Positions 38,036 through 47,772 of a stretch of 64,000 nt of DNA are shown here, piece after piece; the stretch's first letter is position 1, and each line of letters starts with the position of its first letter. This stretch comes from an uncultured Armatimonadetes bacterium. Lineage in GTDB: Bacteria; Armatimonadota; UBA5829; DTJY01. A model generated the notes under the pieces. The model was not told the DNA's origin and did no database searches. It worked only from the letters and a program-made list of their open reading frames with translations. Position numbers and translations under genes: made by a program. The stretch spans positions 256,001 to 320,000 of the forward strand of contig OY970325.1 in the NCBI GenBank assembly GCA_963717145.1. Reading direction: 5' to 3'.

Positions 38036-38784
38036 TATTCGTCATCCGGGACAGGCGCACCGAACGTGCGAATGATGCTGTCCATCAGGCCGATGCTCTG
38101 CAGGCGGAGGACCTCCGTCACCCGCGTTATCACCCAGGCGGTGAGCACGGCCATCCCCGCCAGGTTCATCCGCGCGATGTCGGCGGCCGGCGCCAGCGTT
38201 CGACCGATCAACCATGCGATCCAGACGACGAGCAGTATGATCGCGCCGCACAAGAGGTACGTCCACACCGGCGTCCGGAGTTCGTAGTCCAACCGCGCAT
38301 GCTTCTCACCGTCGGGCTCGACACGAAGGATCGCGTGCTCGAAGAGCATCTGGTGCTGCTTGGCCGGGAGCGCTGCATCATCGAGCGCATTCAGCGGCCA
38401 GTCGGCATAAGAGTGCGCGCGGATCTCCACGGTGTCGTGCGTGAGCCAATCGATTTCGATCCCGGTCTCGAACACCTGCTTGCCGGTCAGCGGGGCCAGC
38501 GCCATGACGCTGCCGGTTCGTCCTCGGGCCTCGATCATCGCGGCGGCTTCAGCGTAGGACATCTCGGGCAGGCTGTCGATCATCTCCTTCACGTGCGCAA
38601 CCGGTTTGTCGAGCACGAAGCTCCGAGCGGCCCACGATCTCAGTCCGAAGCGCCTTCGCCCTTGGAACGGCCGGTCGCTCGCCGGCTCGCGCTCGACCCA
38701 TGCGTGCCACCTCCGATACAGGAGGAAGATCGGTATGCCGACCGCGACCAGGATGATGATGTCGATCAGGATCATGAGGAACAT
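38035..38784 (-). CDS. Hypothetical membrane protein (3 TM)
   Basis: Hydrophobic N-terminus and two C-terminal TM helices; AAGGGG RBS. Confidence 0.7.
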   Translation of the reverse strand: MFLMILIDIIILVAVGIPIFLLYRRWHAWVEREPASDRPFQGRRRFGLRSWAARSFVLDKPVAHVKEMIDSLPEMSYAEAAAMIEARGRTGSVMALAPLTGKQVFETGIEIDWLTHDTVEIRAHSYADWPLNALDDAALPAKQHQMLFEHAILRVEPDGEKHARLDYELRTPVWTYLLCGAIILLVVWIAWLIGRTLAPAADIARMNLAGMAVLTAWVITRVTEVLRLQSIGLMDSIIRTFGAPVPDDE

Positions 38785-38810
38785 GGTTGCCCCTTAGGAG
38801 TAAGTAAGTC

Positions 38811-38896
38811 GCCGACCGATGTAGGGAACGGCCGCCGTCCCGTTCCGCGCCGCGGCAAACGGAACGGGACGGCGGTCGTTCCCTACATCGGTCGGC
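38811..38896. repeat. REP-C doublet with 10-bp outer arms
   Basis: GCCGACCGAT-GTAGGGAACGG...CGTTCCCTAC-ATCGGTCGGC. Confidence 0.88.
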
Positions 38897-38929
38897 TTCC
38901 GCACTCCACGAGCATTATACCAGATCGCG

Positions 38930-38958
38930 TTGACCCAGCGTTCGGTGGCGACTATAAT
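38930..38958 (+). promoter_or_regulatory. Sigma-70 promoter
   Basis: TTGACC-N17-TATAAT. Confidence 0.65.
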
Positions 38959-39006
38959 GGGCGTGTTCGAGTCATCACCTGCGAGGATGCCGAGTTGGAG
39001 AACGTA

Positions 39007-39507
39007 TTGAGCGAGACAACGGAAGAACCAGTCCTGCTGAGCTGGGAGATGCCGGCAGAGGAACGAACGTTCTCCCGCAAGCTTGCTCAGCGAATCAGCG
39101 TTGTATTCTTTGCCATCATCTTTGTCGTCGCTCTGATTGGGAGTCTGATGGAAGACATGACCTGGAAGGTCCACGTGACGGTTTGGCTGGTTGTGGCCAC
39201 TATTGCCATCCCTCTGATTCCCTGGCTCATCCGGCTTGTCCTCCAATCCAGTTCGGTCGTGTCGCTTGATTGTACAAGCTCTGGGATACTAGTGACGATG
39301 CCTGATTGGGAAAAGCGTCACGTGGCTTGGCACGAGATAAAGGTATTGGCCAAGTATGGAAAGGGCTTCACAATGTTACGATACGGCCGCTTGGCTCGAC
39401 AGCGCCTGTACCTGCCCATTCCCTCCGATGTGCGTGACAAGCTGATCGCCATCCTGCGGGAGACGAGCAACGCGCGGATCGTCGGCTTCGGGACGGAGGA
39501 AAGCTGA
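39007..39507 (+). CDS. Two-TM protein with PH-like C-terminal region (TTG start, approximate)
   Basis: GGAG RBS; two TM helices; lower GC; abuts the next gene. Confidence 0.6.
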   Translation: MSETTEEPVLLSWEMPAEERTFSRKLAQRISVVFFAIIFVVALIGSLMEDMTWKVHVTVWLVVATIAIPLIPWLIRLVLQSSSVVSLDCTSSGILVTMPDWEKRHVAWHEIKVLAKYGKGFTMLRYGRLARQRLYLPIPSDVRDKLIAILRETSNARIVGFGTEES

Positions 39508-39508
39508 C

Positions 39509-40597
39509 ATGTTCGACCCCGCCAAGTATCACGATCGCATAGAGGAATCGCGCGAGCGGGTCGAGATATCCGCCTCGTGGCAGGAGCCCGACCGCGTGCC
39601 GATCCGCATCAGTACCGCCGGGAGCTTCTACTCCAAGCTCTTCGGATACAATATCCGCGACTACTACACCGACCCCGAGGTTTGCCTGGAGGTCCAACTG
39701 AAGGGCCTCGAGTGGGCGTTCGAGGAGCTTCAGGACGACCGGACCGGATACGGCGTGCACCTCGACTTCGGGCCGATCGGGGAGGGGATCTACTTCGACC
39801 TCCCGACCGAGTACCCCGATGACACCTCGCCCTGGACCGTGAGGATGCTTCAGACGCCCGCTGATATCGAGGCGTTCGAGATACCCGATCCCGCCGAGAG
39901 CAGGGGACTGAGGGAAGCTTACTGCCGCGTCGAGGAGTTCAAGAACCTGGTTCGGAAGCAGGGCATCGATCTCCCCGCCGGCGGAGGGGTCGGGATTCAT
40001 CCGCCGCTGAGTTGTGCGTGCGCGCTCGCCGAGCCGGAGTTGATCTACACACTGATGGCCGAGGAGCCGGAGCTGATCCACCGGTTCTTTGCGAAGCTCC
40101 TCGATGCGTTCTGCCGGCTCACTGACTGGCGCGATGGCATCACCGGGCGCAAGACCGAGTCGATCGGCCTCGCGGACGACCATTCGGCGTTCGTGTCCAA
40201 TGCGATGTACCGCGAGATGGTCTTCCCGTACAACATGGCGATCTACGAGCGATATGGGAAGAGGGGACGCCACCTGCACGCCGATGGCCCGAACGACCAC
40301 CATTTCGAGATGTACGCGAACGACATGAAGCTGACGACCATGGATATCGGCGGCTTCAGCGACATAGCCAACGCCAAGCCCGCGCTTCACGGCAAGACGA
40401 GGTTCTCCGGCGGGTTGAACTGCCGGGACCTGTACTATGATTTGGAGACCGCCAAGCCGGTGATCGACCGGGCGCTTCGAATCGGAGCGCCCGGCGGCGG
40501 GTTCACGCTGGCGGTCGGCGGCGAGACGTATGTCGGGGTGAACCCCGACACGCTCATTCGCGCCGTCGCATATGCGAAGGAAGCGGGGAAGTATTGA
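39509..40597 (+). CDS. Uroporphyrinogen decarboxylase (URO-D/MtaA-like) family protein
   Basis: EPDRVPI; YREMVFPY; LHADG; APGGGFTL. Confidence 0.8.
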   Translation: MFDPAKYHDRIEESRERVEISASWQEPDRVPIRISTAGSFYSKLFGYNIRDYYTDPEVCLEVQLKGLEWAFEELQDDRTGYGVHLDFGPIGEGIYFDLPTEYPDDTSPWTVRMLQTPADIEAFEIPDPAESRGLREAYCRVEEFKNLVRKQGIDLPAGGGVGIHPPLSCACALAEPELIYTLMAEEPELIHRFFAKLLDAFCRLTDWRDGITGRKTESIGLADDHSAFVSNAMYREMVFPYNMAIYERYGKRGRHLHADGPNDHHFEMYANDMKLTTMDIGGFSDIANAKPALHGKTRFSGGLNCRDLYYDLETAKPVIDRALRIGAPGGGFTLAVGGETYVGVNPDTLIRAVAYAKEAGKY

Positions 40598-40668
40598 GAC
40601 TCTAGACCTTAGACTTTGGACAGCGGGCCGCTGACGTCTGGTGTCCAGAGTCTAGGGTCTAATGTCTC
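40597..40668. repeat. Inverted ~7-nt tandem array (AGAC-type)
   Basis: GAGACTCTAGACCTTAGACTTTGGAC...GTCCAGAGTCTAGGGTCTAATGTCTC. Confidence 0.7.
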
Positions 40669-40763
40669 GTTGCACGGATTGTATACCGCCACGAATGCCC
40701 TTAGCGTCTAATGTATGTCCTTGGCGCTCCTGGCGTCTTGGCGGTTCAGTCCGCCGCAGGGCC

Positions 40764-40841
40764 GTAGGGGCGATCCTTCCACGGTCGCCCGTGCGTGCTG
40801 ACATGACCGCCCGCCGGGAGGCCGTTGAAGGCCTCCCCTAC
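40764..40841. repeat. Hybrid REP-B/REP-A doublet
   Basis: Family B forward at 40764, family A reversed ending 40841. Confidence 0.88.
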
Positions 40842-40860
40842 GGATTGAGGAGAGCAACCA

Positions 40861-41760
40861 TTGTCCAGACTAGATAACGTGTCCGGCATCATTCCACCGC
40901 TCATCACGCCGCTAACCGAAGACCGGAAGATCGACGAAGCGGGTCTGCGCAAAGTCACGCGCCACGTGCTCGATGGAGGCGTCCACGGCGTGTTCGTCAT
41001 GGGATCGAGCGGAGAGTTCCCGTTCTTCGACAGGGATGACCGTCGCCGGGTGATCGAGGTCGTGTTGGATGAAGTCGCGGGCAAGGTCCCGGTCTTCGCC
41101 GGCATCAGCGACTCCGGCACGGAACTGGCTGCTGGGAATGCGAGGGATGCCGAGTCCGCCGGCGCCGATGCCTTGGTCCTCACTATGCCATACTACTTCC
41201 CGGCGTTCAGCGATCAGGACATCCTTGTCCACTACCGCTATGTCGCCCAGGTCACCGGGCTGCCGCTCGTGCTGTACAACATCCCGCGCACGGTGAAGAC
41301 CATGATCGGCGTGGATGTGATCGCTCAGCTCGCGGAGGAGGGCACGATCCGCGCCACCAAGGACAGCTCGACGGATTTCAATCACTTTCAGAAGCTGCTG
41401 ATCCGCATGAGCGAGATGCCGGGCTTCCGTATCTTCCAGGGCAGTGAGTTCCAGGCGGCTGCGAGCATTCTCATGGGAGCGCACGGCTGCGTGCTCGGGA
41501 TCGCTAACATTGTGCCGGGTTTGTGCGTACAATTGTATGAGGCAGCGGTCCGTGGCGATTCCGCTCAGGCTCGCGAACTGCAGCGTCGGGTGACAGCCGT
41601 GTCACAGATATTCTGGGCCGGCGAGGCGCCGCTTCCGAGCCTCAAGATGGCGGCATCGATACTCGGCCTTTGTGCTCCGACGCTGCACCTGCCGATGCCG
41701 ACGATATCCGATGCCTCGAGGGACAAGATTCGCAAGATTCTGGAGAACAATGACGTATAG
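40861..41760 (+). CDS. DHDPS/N-acetylneuraminate lyase-family aldolase
   Basis: GSSGEF, LYNIP, Schiff-base KDSS. Confidence 0.9.
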   Translation: MSRLDNVSGIIPPLITPLTEDRKIDEAGLRKVTRHVLDGGVHGVFVMGSSGEFPFFDRDDRRRVIEVVLDEVAGKVPVFAGISDSGTELAAGNARDAESAGADALVLTMPYYFPAFSDQDILVHYRYVAQVTGLPLVLYNIPRTVKTMIGVDVIAQLAEEGTIRATKDSSTDFNHFQKLLIRMSEMPGFRIFQGSEFQAAASILMGAHGCVLGIANIVPGLCVQLYEAAVRGDSAQARELQRRVTAVSQIFWAGEAPLPSLKMAASILGLCAPTLHLPMPTISDASRDKIRKILENNDV

Positions 41761-41923
41761 CGGCCCTGGATGCTGAATCAACTGGATGCTGAACTTGGTT
41801 CAGCATCCAGTGGCCACCGCACTCCAGAGGGGGCTCCTACTGCGCACAGGCGATTCTCCCGAATATGCCTATTAGAGACAACTCCGGCTTGCCGGAAAAC
41901 ATACCTGCACACAGGAGGTCAAT

Positions 41924-44242
41924 ATGAACCCGACACGTTGGTTTGTCACGGCGATCATCGCACTCACATTTGTATTATCCGCGGTTGCTCATGCGGCCCA
42001 GCCGACCCCGCCGTTCCTCTGGGAGGCGGACTCGACCCTCGGTGGAATCGCCGGCAAGGCTGAACTCACCAGGTATCTGGACAACCTTCAGGCCCGAGGC
42101 GTCAACGGCGTCTGGGTCCAGGTCGAACTCTACTCCAACGGCACGGTCAACTACAAGAAGACCACCATGAGCGGCCTCCCGACGGCCGACAAGTTCAAGA
42201 CCGGCGAGTGGGCGAACGACGACTTCCTCAGCTACGTCATCGGCCAGGCGCGGAGTCGGGGGATGAGCGTCATGATCAAGTTCCACGGCAGCAATCACGC
42301 CGCATGGGACAAGAATCCCGACTGGCGCATGGTCGACAGCAATGGCAAGGAAGTCCTCTGGGGAGGCACGCTCAAGAACTTCTGCGTGAATGCTCCGTAC
42401 TGGGACAGCATCTTCTTCCCCATGATGAAGGAGATCGGCGCGGGCTATGACGTGGACGGTTTCTATCTCGACACCTGTCAGGTAGCCTATCCGAACGACG
42501 ACACCTGCTTCTGCGGATACTGCAAGGCCAGGTTCGAGAAGGAGACCGGCAAGAAACTCCCGCTGAAGTCGGTCGCGAAGGCGAACTGGACCGATCCTGC
42601 TGTCAAGGAATACGCCCTCAAGCGCGTCGAGTGGCTTAACGGCTTCTACGAGAAGTATGGCAAGGCTGTCGAGGAGTCGAAGCCGGGAGCCGCCTCGATG
42701 CTCAACGTCAGCGGCGCATACAACTCCTACGCCGATGGTGTCTCGGCCCGTCATGCTTCGAAGTACGTCACTTATGTTACCCCCGAGCCGGTGAACACCC
42801 CTCGAATGTACGCGGTCAGTCGGAACAAGGCGCTCAAGCAAGCCGGTGAGAAGCCCGCCAACGAAATGCAGTTTGCACGGACCGAGGTGGCCTACAACAT
42901 GACCCGGTTCGGCTACCTCGAGTTCCTGGTGAAGACGATGCGCGGCGAGGGCGCCGGCAAGCCGGTCATCCCGTTTGCCCGCCAGTGGTTCACCAACAAA
43001 GAGAGCGGATACACCGGCCCGGTGGACCTCGAGATCGCGCAGATCGAGGCCGCGCTCGGAGGGGGAGCGAAGGGATACTGCTTCTTCGGCTACCTCGGGA
43101 CGGCTCTCGAGACGTCTGAGACCTCGGGTACCGCCTGGGATAACCCGGAGTATATCGCCTATCTGAAGAGCATCACATCGGGAGACCATGCGAAGTGGCT
43201 TGCGGACATGCAGCCCGACTCACATGCTGCGATTCTGTACGACAGGGATGCCTCATTCTGGAATCGCGACTATTGGGACCAGTTCCGGAGCGTCGGCGGT
43301 CTCTATTCGCTGCTGCAGTACTGGCGCAAGGTCCCCATGGACCTGGTGTCATCAAGCGAGCCGAGCATCCCAGGCTTCGCGGCGACGGGCTACAAGCTTA
43401 CGGCAGATACCCTCAATAAGTACGATCTGATCATTGCTCCGGGCCTCGATTACGTTACCAGGGAGGACCTGGAGACGCTGAAAGCTTACGTCGATGGCGG
43501 CGGTCACCTCCTGATATTGGGAGCGATCGGCAGACATGGCAAGTTCCTCGGTGAGTCGATCAGCGACGACGCCTACAACATCCTCGGCATCACCACGGTG
43601 GGTGATCCCACGCCGTCGGGATTCCTTCGTCCGTTGTCGAAGCATCCCGCCTTTGCGGGGTTCACGCCCACAGGCATGTTCGGCACCTTCCGTATGTCCA
43701 ACGACAAGAACGCCTCCCTGACCTATGAGACCAAGCGCGGTGAGGGCTGGGAAGTGCTCGCGGACGAGGTAACTGATGCCGGGCGACGCGCATCGATCCT
43801 CAGCAGGCAGATCAGAGTCGAGGGAATCATCCGTCCGGCCTACATCACCTATATCAATAGCTCCGACGTAGCGGACTTCTCGGGCGACATGATGCTCACG
43901 CTCGCGAACTTGGCGACGATCACGGCGACAAAGAGCGCTGACATCCAGGCGACCGGTTTCAGCAAGACGTCGAGCATCAATATGTTCAAGTCGTCAGATG
44001 GCCTGGTGAGGTACATCCACATCTTCACGCTCGACGGCGAGAAAGGTGCCACTGCGGTTCTTCGCGGTGAAGGCTTGTACCCAATGTCCGCCGAGATCAT
44101 GCAGAACGGCCATGTCGAGCCCTTGGCAATGGATGTGAAACCGTCCGGGAATTGCAAGATCACGCTACCCGACCTCGAGCCGTACTACGCCATCATAAGG
44201 ATCCAATGTAGGCAGATGGAAAGGCCCGGCAGCAACGGGTAG
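41924..44242 (+). CDS. Secreted TIM-barrel glycoside hydrolase-like protein with GH42-like trimerisation domain
   Basis: Signal peptide; YDVDGFYLD; CFCGYC; class I glutamine amidotransferase-like domain. Confidence 0.75.
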   Translation: MNPTRWFVTAIIALTFVLSAVAHAAQPTPPFLWEADSTLGGIAGKAELTRYLDNLQARGVNGVWVQVELYSNGTVNYKKTTMSGLPTADKFKTGEWANDDFLSYVIGQARSRGMSVMIKFHGSNHAAWDKNPDWRMVDSNGKEVLWGGTLKNFCVNAPYWDSIFFPMMKEIGAGYDVDGFYLDTCQVAYPNDDTCFCGYCKARFEKETGKKLPLKSVAKANWTDPAVKEYALKRVEWLNGFYEKYGKAVEESKPGAASMLNVSGAYNSYADGVSARHASKYVTYVTPEPVNTPRMYAVSRNKALKQAGEKPANEMQFARTEVAYNMTRFGYLEFLVKTMRGEGAGKPVIPFARQWFTNKESGYTGPVDLEIAQIEAALGGGAKGYCFFGYLGTALETSETSGTAWDNPEYIAYLKSITSGDHAKWLADMQPDSHAAILYDRDASFWNRDYWDQFRSVGGLYSLLQYWRKVPMDLVSSSEPSIPGFAATGYKLTADTLNKYDLIIAPGLDYVTREDLETLKAYVDGGGHLLILGAIGRHGKFLGESISDDAYNILGITTVGDPTPSGFLRPLSKHPAFAGFTPTGMFGTFRMSNDKNASLTYETKRGEGWEVLADEVTDAGRRASILSRQIRVEGIIRPAYITYINSSDVADFSGDMMLTLANLATITATKSADIQATGFSKTSSINMFKSSDGLVRYIHIFTLDGEKGATAVLRGEGLYPMSAEIMQNGHVEPLAMDVKPSGNCKITLPDLEPYYAIIRIQCRQMERPGSNG

Positions 44243-44345
44243 ATGACGGGCGTCCTCAATTGTCACTGCCAGGGCCGGAGTTGAACTCCGGCCCTAACAC
44301 AGGGCGTCCGAACGGACGCCCGATTCATTTGCGGGAGGAAAGACC

Positions 44346-46544
44346 GTGAACTGGTACGAACGGCCGGTGAGAATGATGCGGCTGGATTACCTCGATGCCC
44401 TCGATCGGATGAAAGCCGCCAACCTCGATGAACTGGCGCGGACCAAACGAGAGGAGTGGCACATCAACTGCGAGTGGGTGATCGGGACGCCCGGCATCGC
44501 ACCCGGGATGGGCTATGTCACCACTTTCAACACCCCCAAGTTCGAGAAGTACGAGCCGCTCGGCGATTGGGACCTCATCCGGGAGTACCTGCCACACGCG
44601 CGGAAGTACGGCATCAGGGTGCTCGCTTACCTCAACATGCACTGGTTTGCATACGAGTTTGCCGATCAGCACGAGGGCTGGGAGCAACTCCTGGCGGACG
44701 GCACTCCCTACGGGCGCGTGAGCCCGCTCTACGGCGGCGGGACGACCCTTTGCGTGAACGGCGGATGGCGCGACTGGGCTCGGGACATGATCGTCGAGGT
44801 TATGAAGACCGGCATTGATGGGGTCTTCCTCGACGGGCCGGTTGTCTTCCCTGGAGGCTGCTACTGTGCCGACTGTCGCGAGCAGTTCCGCGCGGAGTAC
44901 GGGGGCGATGTCCCCGAGTCCGAGGACTGGACAAGCGATACCTGGAAGGACTTCATCGAGTTCCGCGAGGACTCGATGGCGCGGTTCCTGGCCGACTGCC
45001 GGGAGTCGATGCGGTCGGTCAACCCCGAGGGCGTGATCTTCCTGAACGGTGGGAGTTGGCACGCAGGCGGATGGAGAGTGGCACGGGACATCGAGAAGGT
45101 CGGCGACCACGAGGATTTCAACGGCGCGGAGGCGTTCTTTCATCCCGGTCCGAGGCAGCATGTCCTGCACTTCTGGGCCACCGCCGCAAAGCATCTGATG
45201 GCCGGTGGGAAGCCCGCGGTCGTGTTCAGCCACCACGCGCTCGGCTCGTGGCACTACATCCCGCTGCCGCCCGTCGAAACCGAACTGGCGATCGCACAGA
45301 CCGTTGCATGTGGGGCGAATCCCTGGTTCGCGGTGTTCGACTACTCGCTCGATCACAGCCGCGAGCTGGCCCTCGCTCCCATCAGAAGGATTCAGGGCTT
45401 CCTGGAGCGCCACGAGGAGTACTACACGGCCACTGAGTCCGCCGCCGATGTCGCGCTTCTCTTCTCACGCCAGGGCTCGACGTTCTACATCTCGCACGAG
45501 GATGAGATATACGGCGACCTCGGCAGCGGCAAAGAGCAGGATCTGATCGCCGACCTCGGCACCGGCAAGAAGATCGTCGACTGGAAGCGCCGGAAGCAGG
45601 TCTGCGACGAGATGTGCGGCAACTCCTACCTCGGCTACTTCACTGCCCTCACTCGATCCCATGTGCCATTCGATGTGGTCCTCGATAAGGACCTCTCCGA
45701 TGACGGCCTCGCCCGCTTCAAGATGCTGATCCTCCCGAACGCCGCGTGTCTCTCGGACGATCAGGTGTCCGCGATCAGGCGATTCGTCGAGTCGGGCGGG
45801 GGACTCGTCGCCGATTTCGAGACCGGCCTCTACGACGAGCGCGGCCACAAGCGAGAGAGCAATCCGCTCGCCGATCTCCTCGGCGTCGCCGAGTACTCCG
45901 GCGCGATGATCCCCTCGGTCGCGGAGGAATACGTCAAGGTCAAAGAGACGCATCCGACCGTGAAGCAGTTCGGCGTCGGGCAGTTGGTCGCCCGCCCTCA
46001 GTACTGCCTCCAGGTGAGGAGGAGTGATGGTGTGGGAGCGCCGATCGTGTTCATGGAACGGATTGGCAGGCTGTATTCCGGCTTGAAGGGCGAGACGGAT
46101 GCCCCGGCGCTGATCACGAACTGCGTCGGCGAGGGCAGAGTCGCGTACATGCCGGGCCTCATCGGCGACTTCTATGCCAAGTACAAGATGAGCGAATACC
46201 AGTCGCTGATCACCGATTCGGTCCTCTGGGCGCGGGGCGACTCGCCGCTTCCATTCGAGGTCGAATGCCCGGCGACCGTCGAGGTCGAGATCCGTCGGCA
46301 GTCCGATCCCGAGAGGCTGCTCATCCATTTCGTCAACAACACCGGGGACATGCAGCGGCCGCTGCAGGAGATCATCCCGCTGCAGGACATTCGGGTGAAG
46401 GTTCCCGTAACTGGCGACTGGACCGTGAGCGCCGAAGTCCTCGCGCTGGATCTTGAATACGACGAGGTCGATGGGGGTATAGAGTTCGAGTTACCGAAAC
46501 TGGACCTGTATGAGCTGGTGGTGCTCGAGGAGTTCCATGGTTGA
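44346..46544 (+). CDS. GHL6/GH151-like glycoside hydrolase with trimerisation domain
   Basis: IDGVFLDG; CYCADC; LILPNAACLSD; LLIHFVN. Confidence 0.78.
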   Translation: MNWYERPVRMMRLDYLDALDRMKAANLDELARTKREEWHINCEWVIGTPGIAPGMGYVTTFNTPKFEKYEPLGDWDLIREYLPHARKYGIRVLAYLNMHWFAYEFADQHEGWEQLLADGTPYGRVSPLYGGGTTLCVNGGWRDWARDMIVEVMKTGIDGVFLDGPVVFPGGCYCADCREQFRAEYGGDVPESEDWTSDTWKDFIEFREDSMARFLADCRESMRSVNPEGVIFLNGGSWHAGGWRVARDIEKVGDHEDFNGAEAFFHPGPRQHVLHFWATAAKHLMAGGKPAVVFSHHALGSWHYIPLPPVETELAIAQTVACGANPWFAVFDYSLDHSRELALAPIRRIQGFLERHEEYYTATESAADVALLFSRQGSTFYISHEDEIYGDLGSGKEQDLIADLGTGKKIVDWKRRKQVCDEMCGNSYLGYFTALTRSHVPFDVVLDKDLSDDGLARFKMLILPNAACLSDDQVSAIRRFVESGGGLVADFETGLYDERGHKRESNPLADLLGVAEYSGAMIPSVAEEYVKVKETHPTVKQFGVGQLVARPQYCLQVRRSDGVGAPIVFMERIGRLYSGLKGETDAPALITNCVGEGRVAYMPGLIGDFYAKYKMSEYQSLITDSVLWARGDSPLPFEVECPATVEVEIRRQSDPERLLIHFVNNTGDMQRPLQEIIPLQDIRVKVPVTGDWTVSAEVLALDLEYDEVDGGIEFELPKLDLYELVVLEEFHG

Positions 46545-47537
46545 CGATCACAAATACAGCCTGAACCGCACGGTGGCCTATCGCCATCCCGACCCCGCGC
46601 ACGATCCCGCTGTGTACGGGCCGGGCGGCCCGGATCGCACCAGTGGCATCATCATTGATGTGGGCCTGATCGACGATGATGAGCCCTGGTGGCAGTACAC
46701 GATCAGGAACGCATTCTCCGACGAGGTCCGTCAGGTTCGCGAGTCGGAGATCTTCATGGTGCGGATCAGGAATACCTGGACCTCCGCCGGCGCGATGGAA
46801 TTGCGTGGCGGATCGAGCCCTCCGATTCCGCGGCAGGAGAGTTCTGGCAGGGCGCGCTGAAGCAGTTCATCCGCGACGAGATTCCGAAGCTCCTGCAGCG
46901 AGAGGAAGAGGACGAACGCACTCGGAACGAGGGGCGGGACCTTCGCCTGGCCGAGGGAGACTACATCAAGGTCCGCGGCGACCTGAGATCGGAGTCGGCC
47001 CCGATCCACAATCTCTACGCCAGAGTGCTGTCGGTTTCGGCCTCGCAGACCGAGACGCTCACCATGCCTGAAGGGCCTCACAGGCTGCGGGCGGCTTACC
47101 ATGTGCTCCTGGAAGATAGTTCCGAGGCGGACATCTACGATGTCGAGGTCAAAGTCGCCTACACGACCCACGGCCGTTCAACGGTGCTCAACTGGAGGGC
47201 GGCGACCTTCCTGGCAGAGGCCTTCGGCGACGATCCGCCATATGATCTCCAGCTCGACTATCTGAACAACCATGTCTTCACGCGCGAGGAGTTGGATGGA
47301 CTTTGTGCCCACGAGTTGGCCGATCTGCTCGCGGGGATTCTCTACGTAAAGGGTCAGATCACGTGGGATGAGGTCCCCGCCAAGCAGGAGTCGCTCGCGG
47401 GCTCGCCTGATACGTATCTGCGCGATCAGGTCCTGGCGAACTCGCGATTCGACATGGAGCGGAACCGCCCATTGACCGCCGAGGAGATCGCACAGGTGCG
47501 CACCGAAGACCGGCGGCTCAGGGATTTGATCGAGTAG
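46537..47537 (+). CDS. Hypothetical protein, probable frameshift ~46755
   Basis: MVDDHKYS...RESEIF joins HGADQEYLDL... if one base is restored. Confidence 0.55.
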
Positions 47538-47557
47538 CGGCCCTTGGGGTTCTTCCT

Positions 47558-47702
47558 TGAAAATGCTGGTTCGGGCGGATCTGTAATCCAGCCCGCATTG
47601 GCAATCTGGGGATCTGTGATCCCGCGGCGTCCCGGATGGCATCACAGATGCCCGTTTGCCACCGGGTGCTGGATGACAGATCCGCACCAACCAGCATTTT
47701 CA
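47558..47702. repeat. ~145-bp imperfect palindrome between convergent genes
   Basis: TGAAAATGCTGGTT...GCGGATCTGT...ACAGATCCGC...AACCAGCATTTTCA. Confidence 0.75.
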
Positions 47703-47772
47703 TCCGCTGTTGCGAAACTAAGGGGCGGGAGTCCAACTCCCGCCCCAACGAATGTCCAGAGTCCAGGTCTTC

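Noticed and set aside
38011-39006. 498-aa plus-strand ORF
   Set aside because: The N-part is the antisense shadow of 38035-38784 and a REP; only 39007-39507 looks protein-like
40861-41760. dapA (lysine biosynthesis)
   Set aside because: GSSGE rather than GTTGE and a catabolic context; assigned to family level only
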